This document shows positions 12,025 to 24,039 of a DNA stretch of 64,000 bases, piece after piece. The DNA is from Azolla caroliniana (Eukaryota; Plantae; Polypodiophyta): the NCBI GenBank assembly GCA_043228905.1, contig JBHGNT010000010.1, forward strand, positions 12,400,001 to 12,464,000. The letters are read 5' to 3'. Under the pieces are notes generated by a model. It was not told the origin of the DNA and ran no database searches. It saw only the letters and a program-made list of their open reading frames with translations. Numbering within the stretch: the stretch's first letter is position 1; every line of letters begins with the position of its first letter. A program made the translations under genes and the position numbers.

Positions 12025-15000
12025 CCCCATCGTTCATTCTCAATTAAGTTTCGTTCAATATCCATCCATCCAGATCCTTCCTTGAAGAGCTATTCCTGAC
12101 TTTTTGAACCGAAAATTCTTCTTCTTTTTGAACTCTTAATGTTTTCATAGCTTGCTTGGATATGAAGGATTGGAGGTTATCAATCCAGACGGAGGTCAAG
12201 AAGATGCAGAAGAAGAAGCCAGGAAGGGACGATTGAAACAAGAGGTATTTGTACCTTCCTTCCTTCCTTCCTTAGTTTTTAAGTGTTATCATCATCATTA
12301 TCGTCCTCACCAATCTTCAACATTTGCATTCAGCTTTGTTCTTTTTCTGATAAACTGTTGGTAAAGAAACAAATCTGGTTAGGCCGTGCAGGCACGCACA
12401 CGCACACGCTCACACACACACACACACACACGAGCGCACTCACTCACACTCACGCACGCAGACAAGATGAAAAAAGCAAAATCCTTTTGATATTTTTGAA
12501 ACCTGGAGTTGGTCAGTATTGTTTCAGGTTTCTGCACATTACTGGAAGAAAGAAGCAGACACAATTCTCACACATTTTTTCCTTTGCCTTTCATTTTTGT
12601 CAAGCGTATCCAAGTACTAAGGGTTTTTTAATGTTTTTGACTCTTAGTTCTGTGCTTTATAGGACCGAGAAGGATATTGGAAAATGATGCACAAATACAT
12701 TGGGTCTGATGTGACCTCTATGGTTACTCTTCCTGTGTTCATCTTCGAGCCAATGACAATGGTCCAAAAGATGGCTGAGGTAATGCCATACAATGTAACA
12801 TAATGGAGATCATAAGATGTAATGTACAATGCTATGTTAAAAGAACCATACACCTTGATGAATTTAGCTATATGATGTGATGGAGAAGCATGTTCTTTAT
12901 GTTGGAATTTTGTAATGCAGTTGATGGAGTATACACACCTTCTTGACCTGGCAGATATGAGTGAGGATCCATATCTAAAATTGGTTTATGCATGTAAGTG
13001 ATAGTTTGAAGTTTGTTTACATCTGCAATGTGCTAGGTTTGGATAAAACAAAATGGGATTTTGATATTACAGAGATTTCTAGTAACTTTACACAGTTACT
13101 TTTGTGGGTGTTCTTTAGAAGCAAATTGTAAGGAGGCTCCAAAAATTGAACATGACATTTTATTTTGTTATTTTGTTTTTTGACATTATGTAGCCAGCTG
13201 GGCTGTATCAGTTTACTATGCCTATCAAAGGCCATGGAAGCCTTTTAATCCCATTCTAGGGGAAACCTATGAGATGGTGAACCATCAGGGGATCACGTTC
13301 ATCTCTGAACAGGTAGATAGTTCCCTTCTCCCAGACGTCCCTATTCAAAAGACATTCAATGGAAAACATATATCAAACTAACTGTTTTCTCTTATGCTTT
13401 TGACAGGTCAGCCATCATCCCCCGATGAGCTGTGGGCATGCAGAGAATGAACATTTTATGTATACTGTGACATCAAAGTTGAGAACAAAGTTTCTTGGAA
13501 ACTCTGTTGATGTTTATCCTGTTGGAAGGTATAGGAAATTATGAATGCATTTTATTGTCAAGTGATAAATAAGATGGATGGTATATGCCTGACATTTAGT
13601 TGGTTTATGAAAATGGTAATGATATAATTTTCAGTGACATTAAAGAGAATGATGTGTTTGGACATTTTTTTTGGTTGGTTATGAAAATATTTTATGTTTT
13701 AAAGAAACAATGTGTAGGTTCTCTGTAGTTTGAACTTATTCTTGAGTTTGATAACTTGTTGAATTATGCATAGAGCGTATCAAAAGCATTGGTATAGTGA
13801 TAATATCAACGGATAAATGAACCCATGGGACTATGATGAGAGGGGTCAAGATGAAATGTCAAGCAAGAATATGTACATGACTGGCAACAACATGTTGACA
13901 ATTATAGCAAGAGAAAAAGAAATAACAACCAGAGCAAAGATTCATGAGGAAATAGAAAAGCAAGAAAGAATGAGAAGACAGATGTAGTGTAGAAGGTAAG
14001 GTTGTCTGACAGAGAGCAGAATGTGAGTCCTGTAAAATCCAGAATATGTATACTACTGGCGAAAACATGCTGACAATTATAACAAGGAAAAGAGAAACAA
14101 CCAGAGGAGGGATTGACGAGGACGCAGACAAGCAAGAACCGATGTAGCGTAGAAGGTTCAGGTTGTGTGTCAGAGAGCAGCAGTTCATGCATTCAACCCT
14201 TACACATTGCATTTAGTAATGTTAGTGCATGTAGTGAGGTTTGAACCCTGGTAAATGAGGTAATAAAAGAAACATGGCTTACCTCTAGGGGACGATCCTA
14301 ATTTATGGGAAAAAGAAAGAAATAAGGATGTGCAACACTGAGTCAAGGGCAAGGTGTAGAAAAAGTGGGAGGAGCGATATACGAGAGACAGAAGTTTGAA
14401 AAACAATTATAAAGAAAAAGAAGTTTGGAGAACAAATTGAATGAGAAATCTAAAATCAAAACTCCATTTAGGGAGTAGATAATAACTGGGAAAGAAACTC
14501 GTCTGTATCCATATTCAATCAACGCTCTGTATTTTTTAAGTTCTTACTTAAGGTTCGCTTAGAATGTGTTATGAAGCTCATGGTCAAGCATGAACTGGGC
14601 ATCATTCACACTTACAAATTGTGTTAATGAATATGCACAAATGCAGGATGTTCTTGATAATCACGAACACAATAATGTTTTTATAGACCCAGGACGTTCT
14701 TGATTTTGCTACAATATACTGTATGTGATTTAGGAGATTGTTTAATTCTTTATCAACTTTGACATTTACTGATTTTCCTGCTCTTTTGATATTTATTATG
14801 TAACCCTGGCTATTAAAAGCTTACTGTAATTTAGCATTGTTCCTAGTGATATGAGAGGGGGATTTTCTGTAGTTAAAATGTATACCTTTCTTTACTAAAT
14901 GTTTTGTTTTCTGGCACAGGACAAGAGTCACATTGAAAAGGTCAGGTGATGTTCTAGACCTTGTGCCTACTCCGACAAAAGTTAATAATCTCATCTTTGG

Positions 15001-16188
15001 CCGAACTTGGTTTGATTCCCCTGGGGAAATGATCATGACAAACCTAACCACCGGAGATAAAGTGGTGCTGTATTTTCAACCTTGTGGCTGGTTTGGGTAT
15101 GCCTTCGTTCTTTAATGATAAGAAATGAAGAGGAAAGTGGTTTATGCCTGATGTTTCTTCCTCATCTATTCCTTAAGGATAGGAAATGAAGAGTAGTGTG
15201 GTTTTGGCCTTGTGCTTTTCATCCATCTAGTTTTTCAATTTTAGCCAGTCTTCAAGTTTAGGAATCTTGAATACTTCACTATAATGAAATGCCTTTTATG
15301 TTTTGGTTTCTTTGAATGAATAGAGCTGGGCGGTACGAAGTGGATGGATATGTGTATAACAGGGATGAGGAACCAAAGCTTCTCATAACAGGTAAATGGA
15401 ATGAATCGATGAACTATCAGCCATGTGACATGGAGGGCGAGCCTCTTCCTGGCACTGAGCTAAAGGAGGTAATTTTGCTTAGATGTGTTGTTTCTTCTAC
15501 ATATCAGCCTAGGGGATTGTTTGATTTGATGTACTCTTATGATAATATTCCTCAGTAACTTCAGTTTCTTTGTTTCATTTCCAGGTATGGAAGGTTGCAG
15601 AAAAGCCTATAAGTGATAAATTCCAGTACACATATTTTGCACACAAGATCAATAGTTTTCAGACTGCACCGAAGAAGCTTCTTGCATCAGACTCACGCCT
15701 CCGTCCTGACCGATATGCTCTAGAGATGGGCGACCTAAACAAGGCTGGAGTAGAGAAAACGAGGTGATCCATTTGATGGTTATGGAAACATCTTTTTGTG
15801 TGCCACACTTGGAAGAGTATAAGTCTTCTTTGGGTATTTTGGTCAAAAAGAGTTGACTCTCCATGGAAATATCTCTATATCTTTGTGCAATGGATTGATT
15901 TGGAAATATATGTATATATATATATAATATAGGATGGAGGAAAGACAACGAGCGGAGAAGAGGCAGAGAGAAGCCTTAAAGCAAGACTTCACTCCCAGAT
16001 GGTTCAGACTTACTGGGGACACGGCATCCACACCTTGGGGGGATCTCGAGATCTATGAATATAATGGGAAATACAAAGAACACAGGGCGCAAGTCGAATC
16101 GTGTTTGAATGATGACAGCAACGATGATCAGAAGAGTATAGCGTTCAATCCGTGGCAGTTCGATTGTGTTTTGGAAACTGGTTTATAA
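11875..16188 (+). CDS. ORP3: Oxysterol-binding protein-related protein, plant ORP3 type, 459 aa. Exons 11875-11972, 12151-12244, 12663-12779, 12921-12993, 13194-13312, 13407-13528, 14920-15096, 15324-15468, 15585-15763, 15933-16188
   Basis: All nine introns are GT-AG and the exons sum to 1380 nt in frame. Contains the OSBP signature [32 protein letters not shown] and FNPWQF; N-terminus NGGGGSGFF...YEGLEVINP matches plant ORP3 proteins as I recall them. Confidence 0.95.
13556..14764. mobile_element. Solo-LTR-like 1.2-kb insertion in ORP3 intron 6
   Basis: Starts TGTCAAGTGATAAA, ends TTTATCAACTTTGACA (imperfect inverted termini, TG...CA). Flanks TTTAT/TTTAC (4 of 5 match). Internal ~175-bp tandem duplication at about 13865-14180. 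Confidence 0.45.
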
Positions 16189-16572
16189 TGTGGTTAGATC
16201 GGTCAGTGTATTATCATTTTTTTTACTTCGGCGATTGGGAATTTATTGGTTTCTGCGATTGGTGTGGAGAATTCATCTTTTCATTGGGAAAAAAGCTCTA
16301 TTTGGAATACAAAAAATTGTGCGGTTGATCAAATGTGCGTACATGCACACAAGAGGGAGATGAGAAGCTATATTTGGAACACAAATTGTGTAGTTGAGAT
16401 CAAAAGCACGAAATTGTGATATTATTAGCATCCGTGGGAGACTGATTGCGACCTATGAGACGGGCCTAACCAATGGGGTGTGTGTGTGAGAGAGAGAGTT
16501 AGAGAGAGATCCATGGGAGACTGATTGTGATCTATGAGATGGGGGGCCTAGCCGATGGGGTGTGTGTGTGTG

Positions 16573-16610
<38 letters not shown>

Positions 16611-17880
16611 TTTCAATGAATGCCTGACGCATATATGCACATTCAAAATGATATTTATTCCTAATTTGAGAGGTTTTCAATGAATGCCTGATGCGTATAT
16701 GCACATTCAAAATGATATTTATTCCTTTTTGAGAACATTCTTTGTAATATTTCTGCTTCTGCATGCATGATTGTGTTGTCTCAATAAAATCAAGGTGATG
16801 TATAGTTTGACAAATTGTAATAACAGTAGGCTGAGAGGAAGTCTTGAAGACTGTCTTGGTAAAAGCCAGCCTTTGACTTTCATGATTCAGACTCCAACAT
16901 TGTAAGACCCAAAGACATTATCAAAATCATGACATGTAGTCCAGAAAAATCACTATTATACCTTGGAAACTAGAGTATCTTTGCCCCCCCTCTCCTTAAA
17001 AGGCATGAGGGTTGAGTGCGACAACAATATTCAACACCACTTGCTAATGCCTCAGGCGTTATATATAGTTTCACCATTGACCAATTCACAGCTACTGATA
17101 GTCCAAGTAGAGACTATGGTCACTATGAGAACATCGAAGTCATATTTGCAAATTTGCTATTAGATGCATGCATTTTGGGCCAAGATTAGTCAATGAAGTT
17201 TTTGATGTATTGCTCTAATTAGTTAAATGCTACTCGTTCAATTGATGTTTTATCAAATATGTTAGAAAGTAGAGATTCAAGGTAGTTCCTTGTTGAAGTG
17301 TTGACAATTGTAGTCACTCAACCAAATAATAGTTGAGCAACAAAGAGGTGACTCCTCAAATTGATGAGTCATTGAAGTGTTCACAAAATGGTGAATCCTC
17401 AAATCAACAAGTTGATGTGCTCTAGAGCAATGAGTCAAAAAAGCTAGTTAAGCACTTGGGAAGAGATGAAATCTCAAGCAATAGGTCATTGAAGCAATTA
17501 CACAATGATGACTCATTGAAGTGTTTATAAAGTGGCAAGTTGTCAACATGAAGATTCATTAAAGTTTTTCTCAAGCAATGACTCTTGAAAGTATCAAGTC
17601 TCCAAAATAAAAGAAAATATGACCATGGATTTTTCTAGTTGTGGAACCGGTCTTCCAAGATACAACTGGTGGTATTATTCCATGAATTGCACTACCATTG
17701 ATCCACAATGATAATGCAAGTAACAATTGTTGAACTCTTAACGATGGTACCAAGAACAATGGTCCTTAGATACTCTCACTTGTCTAAGGTCAAAAATTTC
17801 TTGAAGTATTGGTTCAAAGGGGTTATACTTTGAACACCTTATGCAATTCTTGGATGGTTGGAGAATAGTACTAGTGTTGT

Positions 17881-18207
17881 TGTTGAGTGACAAGCTCAAC
17901 CGGATCCGGATCGGCTGAATAAGCCTGAGCCGGATCGGTGAGCCGGTGAGCTGGGGAGTCGGATCCAACAGTAACCGGAAGCCTAGTAGCAGCCTAGACT
18001 ACTAGGTAGTTAATTTCTCGTAGTTAGTGTCAGACGCTCATGTGAGCATTGAAGTACACCGTACTTCTGTCAGTCCTCTTAGGACTTGTATAAATAGTGT
18101 TGTCGAGCACGTTGTATGTACAGAGAGAGAATTTTATAGAGTTGTTGATATAGGTTTAAGTTGTTATGCTCTTTCTCTGTCTCTCCTGCGTACCTTCTGT
18201 GTGTTAA

Positions 18208-18245
<38 letters not shown>

Positions 18246-19108
18246 TATGTTACTATCTGGCTAAGGTAGTTGTCTAACGCTTCTGCACCTTCGTGTTCTC
18301 ATGGTATCAGAGTGTGAGGGTTGAGAACCTTTGCAGTCGACATCAACGTCTAGAGACAAACCCTAAGACCTGGTAAGAATAGAAAGAGAAGTGATGGACA
18401 AAGGAATGGCTAGCTCGCTCCCGGTGTGGAAGCTCGATAGATCCAACTACGCATCTTGGTCATACAAGATGCACCAGTACCTACTTGGGCATGGTTACTG
18501 GAGCTATGTTGTCGGAGCTAACGACATAACACCTGATGCGGCACACAAGGACTTCCCAGTGTGGGAACAAGCGGCAAGCAGAGTGATGTACTGCTTTGCG
18601 TCCAGTGTCGGAGACCAGCTGATGAGCCATGTCCGAGATGCCAAGACGCCAAAAGAGGCTTGGGGAAACTTGAACAAGGTTTTCGCAGCAACCACTACGG
18701 CCTAGAAGATGTGACAGGAGTTGAGCAATGTTCGACAGAAGGACATGTCGGTAGCCAATTACACGGCCCGAATCAAAGAGATCTGTGACTCACTTGCCTC
18801 TATCAACGTCACTGTAGAGGAAGATGAGATGGTGCAGATCTGTCTTGGGGGCCTAACGTCTAAGTTCAAAGCGTTCTGAATGGCGATATGTACAAGGGAG
18901 AATACACCGTCATTTTTCGACTTACAGTTGATGCTCCTTGTAGAGGAGAACCACGTCGGTGCGTCAACAAGTGCACCCACCGAAAGCCGGATGTTGTACA
19001 TGGAGGCAGATTGGCCCCGTGGGCGTGGTGGACGAGGCGGGTTGGCTCGCAATGGTACCGGTTGGCAAGAGCAAGACCGAAGGCAGAGAGAACGTACCGA
19101 CAACAGTT
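17881..19108 (+). mobile_element. Ty1/Copia 5' remnant: LTR 17881-18301, tRNA-iMet PBS 18302-18312, decayed gag truncated by the PLE
   Basis: TGTTGAG...CA LTR, TGGTATCAGAG PBS, gag KLDRSNYASWSYKMHQYLLGHGYW, homologous to the gag at 31640-32350. Confidence 0.9.
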
Positions 19109-19159
19109 TCGTGTTAGGAAACAGGTCCCTCCGGATGGGAAGTGAGAAGAACAATACTG

Positions 19160-21182
19160 ATGAGCAAAACCACTAGGAGACCCACAACCTAGTAGACCAA
19201 AAAACGGCTAGCTAGGCGTGCTAAACGCGTTAACAAACGGTTTAGACACGCCATACACCCTAGCAAACGTTTATTCTACCTACTTAATAGATCCCCCTCC
19301 ACCCAAGACACATATATGTGGTTTGGGGGAAAACAGAAACTATTTCCCTTCCTTTCACACCCCAAATCCCGAAATAAAAAACCTAGAACCAACTTCTAGA
19401 AACCTCTTACTAGTACACAAGTAATTCATAGTAAAATCCATAACCTCTCTAAACATAACCTCACTAAAAATGAAACACAATTGCTAAACCTAGGCCTTAA
19501 GCATATCCTACCATCCCCACCTCCCTCCCCCAACAATATCCTAAAAGAATTCACCCACCTCTCTAGATCCCTCAAGCTAAAACATTTTTTTAGAAATACA
19601 CCTTCACTTCCTCTCAACCCCTTCAAACTACCTAACCCTAGTTGGATGCCACCCATAGAATATCCACCCCTAGTCTCCATAATAGAAAAACACCAACACA
19701 TCCTTAAGCAAATAGCACACAACACTAAGCCCATAAACACTAGAATCCCATACCACCTCTCTAGAGCCTTTAAAAGCCTCCAACACAACAAACACATTAT
19801 CATCCTCCCAACCGATAAAAATATGGGAGTATGTGTTCTAGATAAAGACACATACTACACCAAAGCCATAGAACACCTCTCGAATTCTACCACCTATAAG
19901 AGAGTCAGCCACTTCCCCTTGGAAGAGTTACTATACCGCCTTAATAACATAATAACAAACCACTTAGGTACACTTTCCCCAATTGAAGCTAATTTCATCC
20001 TCCACAAACCCAAAAAAGGATATCAAGTATCCAACCTCTATTTCCTCCCTAAATTACACAAAACACCTATGGGTTTCCGGCCCATTTGTTCATATAATAA
20101 CTCCTTATTTGAACAAAAATCAAAGTGGTTACACCACCAACTTCTACCAATCCTCCTTCTCCAACCACAATATCTAAAAGACTCTCACACACTAATCCAA
20201 TCACTAGAAAACCTACACCCACCATCTAATAGTTTCTTATTCGTGTTTGACGTTGAATCTCTCTATCCTAGTATCCCCCCTAAGCTAGGACTCCAAGCCC
20301 TACGTAGTCTAATCACCCCCCACTTTTCCCCTTGGAAAACAAATCTCATCTATACCCTTAGTGCCCTTATTTTAGAATATCACTATCTCACTTTCGATGA
20401 CGTAGTTTACCAACAAATAAAAGGTACGACCATGGGTAACAACTTTTCAGTCGTATATGCATGCCTCTTTTTAGTATATCTCGAAAACTTACAACCATCG
20501 CCCCCCCATCTCTTCTACTTCACCCGCTATATTGATGATGCATTTGGGGTCTGGACAGGCACCAAATCTCAACTTTTAGAATATCTCGACTTTTACCCTT
20601 TACACAAATAACTCCATCAAGCTTACCATTCAAACTTCCCCCTTTCGGCTACCTTTTTTAGACATATGGATCAACCTCGAAAATTCATCTTTCTTATTCA
20701 ATTGTTTTCAAAAACCTCTCAATTCATACCAATACTTGCCTTTTTCATCGGATCATCCTTCCCATACGAAACAACACTTTATCACTAATGAAGTGAAGAG
20801 ATATCTCATTAGAGAAAGCACCCCATTAGGTTTCTACCATATGAAAAAACTCTTTTTCAATAGACTAGTTAACCGTGGTTACCCTCTGTCCTTTATACTA
20901 AAAAGCTATAAGAAAATACCTTTTAATCTTAGAAAAACACTCCTATATCAACCCAAAACTATTAATTCCCTTAACCCCACAATCTTTAAACTTAGATACA
21001 CCAAACATACCCCAAAACTAGGCATTCATAGTTTTCTAAAAAATCTCTATAATGACTTAATGTTAGATCCCGAGCTTACAAGCATCTCACGCCCTTTCGT
21101 ATGTTGGACAAAATCTAAGTCCTTACATGCCCTCCTAGTTAAGACTAAGTTTTCAAAAAATCCACCAAAATCCCCCACTTAA
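19160..21182 (+). pseudogene. PLE reverse transcriptase ORF (three in-frame TAG stops near the N-terminus, frameshifts at about 20600-20650)
   Basis: ATG at 19160 is in frame with ORF 19481-20611 and gives a basic N-terminus MSKTTRRPTT**TKKRLARRAKRVNKRF. The thumb continues in ORF 20736-21182 and stops right after LHALLVKTKF... Confidence 0.85.
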
Positions 21183-21344
21183 AACTAAGTTTTCAAACAA
21201 TCTGGACCCAAATCCCCCACTTAAGACTAAATTTTCAAACAATCCACCCAAATCCCCCACTTAAGACTAAAGTTTCAAACAATTCATCCAAATCCCCCAC
21301 TTAACACTAAGTTTTCAAATACTTCATCCACATCCCCCACTTAA
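21139..21344 (+). repeat. Five tandem ~40-bp repeats spanning the PLE stop codon
   Basis: Consensus TTAAGACTAAGTTTTCAAACAATCCACCCAAATCCCCCAC x5; the ORF terminates at the junction of units 1 and 2. Confidence 0.92.
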
Positions 21345-21583
21345 TATTATCCTAAATCCCCTTTTTTCATCACATTAAGAACTCCCCCCTCACCATCATC
21401 ATTATACTAATTCCCCCTCTCTCATTCCCTATCACTTTCCTACACACATTTCTCTCTCTCTCTCTCTCTCATCACCACATTCTATTCTCTCTCATCTACT
21501 ACACAAATCAAATCCTCCCCACTCCTTTTCTCTCACTCCCTCTTCCTTCCCACCCCTTTATAAATCACATTCTCTTGTTGTAA

Positions 21584-21638
21584 TGGTCTTTGCACTAAAG
21601 AGCTCCACTATTGAGCGAAACTAGTTTGCCTAAGACCA
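21584..21638 (+). ncRNA. Minimal type I hammerhead ribozyme motif (core G5 mutated to A)
   Basis: TGGTCTT-TGCA CTAAAGA GCTC CACTATT GAGC GAAAC TA GTT TGC-CTAAGACCA. Stem I GCA/TGC extended by TGGTCTT/AAGACCA, core CU(G>A)AAGA, stem II GCTC/GAGC, GAAA, palindromic stem III ACTAGT, cleavage triplet GUU. Confidence 0.8.
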
Positions 21639-22943
21639 CCACCCTCTTTGAATTAAAAACATCTCTCTCTCTCTCATTAGTGTATGTTGCCTACTTTCTC
21701 TTGTTTAGCTTAAGCAACCTCTAATCGTCGTGTGCCTATCCCTACGCACTCCTTGTTTCGACCATTTGGTCCTAGTAAGAAACCAGATGTGGAGTACCCG
21801 ACTACGGAAGACCCGGTGAGAACCGGATGTGGAGTACCCAGCTAGACATTCATTTACTAAATGAATTCCATTGTAATCAAGTTGCCTCGGATCCTTGCTT
21901 TCTACCTGAGACGCCCGGGTACAAGCAGATCTATCATATATCATGAGTTAATGTGGCATCGATAAAAACCCTTGACATTACTAAATGTTAAAAATGAAAG
22001 TGTGTTAGAATAATCCTCAGTTTTTTGTTGATGCTTGCAAACTTAATCCCATTATTCAATTAATAGGAAAGGTTTCAAATGAAATTTGACAAAACATTAG
22101 GTTGTTCGGGACAAGAAGAAACAATATATTTAGTCGTGGTTATTTGTCAACATGGTTACGACAAATTAGTACACCGACAATTATAGTTAGGATAACTTCA
22201 TAGAGTTTCCCGAAATACGCATAGATTGTAGAATAATGGTGAACTCTCGATCAACATTGCGTCATAGTTCTTTATTTGAAGCAAAGCACTAGAATATTAT
22301 ATTAACTAATTCATGTACTGAATCAATTCTATTGTAGTCTAGTTGGTTTGGATCCTTGTTTTTTACACAAGACTCCGGGGTACAACAATAGGCATTGGAA
22401 AAACTAGATACATCATAGATCATTATGTAATGTCACATCGATAAAACCCCTAAAAATGATTAAATATTAAAAATGAGAGTGTGTGAGAGTAATCCTCAAT
22501 TTCTTGTTGATGCTTGCACAATATGTAAATATTATTTATTACTAATCTATGATTGCAATATATCTATACACAAGATAGGAGCCATTGTAATGTAGTTGGT
22601 TAGGGACAACATTATGTTGTTCGGGACAACAAGAAGCAGTATATTTGGTTTTGGTTAATCGTCAACATTGGTGCGACGAATTAGTACACCAACAATTATA
22701 GTTTGGATATCACAATGCAATTTCAAACAATACGCATAGATCGCAGACTATTGGTCAACTGTCGATGAGCATTGCACCATGTTTCTATATTTGAAGTAAA
22801 GCACTAGAATATTACATTAACTAAATCATTTACTAAATGAATTCCATTGTAGTCTAGTTGGTTCGGATCCTTGTTTAAGCAATATATAAATATTATTTAT
22901 TAGGAATCAATGATTGTTACGATAAAAAGCACACAAAATGTGA

Positions 22944-23016
22944 TCCATTGTAGTCTAGTTGGTTAGGATACTCGGCTCTCACCCGAGAGACCCGGGTTCA
23001 ACTCCCGGCAATGGAA
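22944..23016 (+). tRNA. trnE-CUC: tRNA-Glu(CTC)
   Basis: TCCATTGTAGTCTAGTTGGTTAGGATACTCGGCTCTCACCCGAGAGACCCGGGTTCAACTCCCGGCAATGGAA. 7-bp acceptor stem TCCATTG/CAATGGA, anticodon stem CTCGG/CCGAG with CTC, T-stem CCGGG/CCCGG. Confidence 0.93.
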
Positions 23017-23585
23017 ACGACAATATCATATATTAAATTTCGGACGCATATCATGTGTTAACTGTTTGACAACTCAAAAACTCAAGACCTAAAGTAGATG
23101 TTACCATAATGTACAATTAACAAAATAGTCAATATTATGTTTGAAGGATTCATGACGAACATTACTTTGATTTTTCTCTCCTAACATCAATTTCTAAACT
23201 TAATCCCATTATTTGATTAATGGTAGAGGTTTCAAATGAAATTGGACAAAACATTATGTTGTTCGGGACAACAAGAAGCAGTATATTTGGTTTTGGTTAA
23301 TCGTCAACATTGGTGCGACAAATTAGTACACCAACAATTATAGTTTGGATATCACAATACAATTTCAAACAATACGCATAGATCGCAGACTATTGGTCAA
23401 CTGTCGATGAGCATTGCATCATGTTTCTATATTTGAAGTAAAGCACTAGAATATTACATTAACTAAATCATTTACTAAATGAATTCCATTGTAGTCTAGA
23501 TGGTTCGGATGCTTGTTTAAGCAATATATAAATATTATTTATTACGAATCACTGATTATTACGATAAAAAGCACACAAAATGTGA

Positions 23586-23658
23586 TCCATTGTAGTCTAG
23601 TTGGTTAGGATACTCGGCTCTCACCCGAGAGACCCGGGTTCAACTCCCGGCAATGGAA
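23586..23658 (+). tRNA. trnE-CUC: tRNA-Glu(CTC)
   Basis: Identical 73-nt cloverleaf; TTTT at 23672-23675. Confidence 0.93.
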
Positions 23659-23966
23659 ACGAAAATACTGGTTTTGGTTAATCGTCAACATTGGTACGAC
23701 AAATTAGTACACCAACAATTATAGTTTGGATATCACAATACAATTTCAAACAATACGCATAGATTGCATACTATTGGTCAATTGTCGATGAGCATTGCAC
23801 CATGTTTTTATATTTGAAGTAAACCACTAGAATATTACATTAACTAAATCATTTACTAAATGAATTCCATTGTAGTCGAGTTGGTTTGGATCCTAGATTA
23901 AGCAATATATAAATATTATGTATTACGAATCTATGATTGTTACGATAAAAAGCACACAAAATGTGA

Positions 23967-24039
23967 TCCATTGTAGTCTAGTTGGTTAGGATACTCGGCT
24001 CTCACCCGAGAGACCCGGGTTCAACTCCCGGCAATGGAA
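23967..24039 (+). tRNA. trnE-CUC: tRNA-Glu(CTC)
   Basis: Identical 73-nt cloverleaf; first T4+ run not until 24194. Confidence 0.93.

Larger units (their letters stand above)
19110..21847 (+). mobile_element. Penelope-like retroelement, apparently endonuclease-less
   Basis: PLE RT motifs: NLSKHNLTKNETQLLNLGLK, ILPTDKNMGVCVLDK, LYFLPKLHK..FRPICS, FDVESLYPSIP, YQQIKGTTMG, RYIDDAF, FLDI, YLPFSSDHP, RGYP. 3' region has tandem repeats and a hammerhead. Ends approximate; no TSD visible. Confidence 0.88.

Noticed and set aside
16440-17870. Short duplications, GA/GT microsatellites and degenerate gtcattgaag repeats downstream of ORP3
   Set aside because: No termini, TSD or coding motif I can define; probably old repeat debris.
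9615-19108. Copia pieces on both sides of ORP3 as one element that captured the gene
   Set aside because: The order is 3' end then 5' end, the LTR sequences differ substantially, and ORP3 keeps all its introns.
19157-19165. CTGATGAG hammerhead core at the PLE 5' end
   Set aside because: No stem II or properly placed GAAA follows; it overlaps the probable start codon and is likely coincidental.
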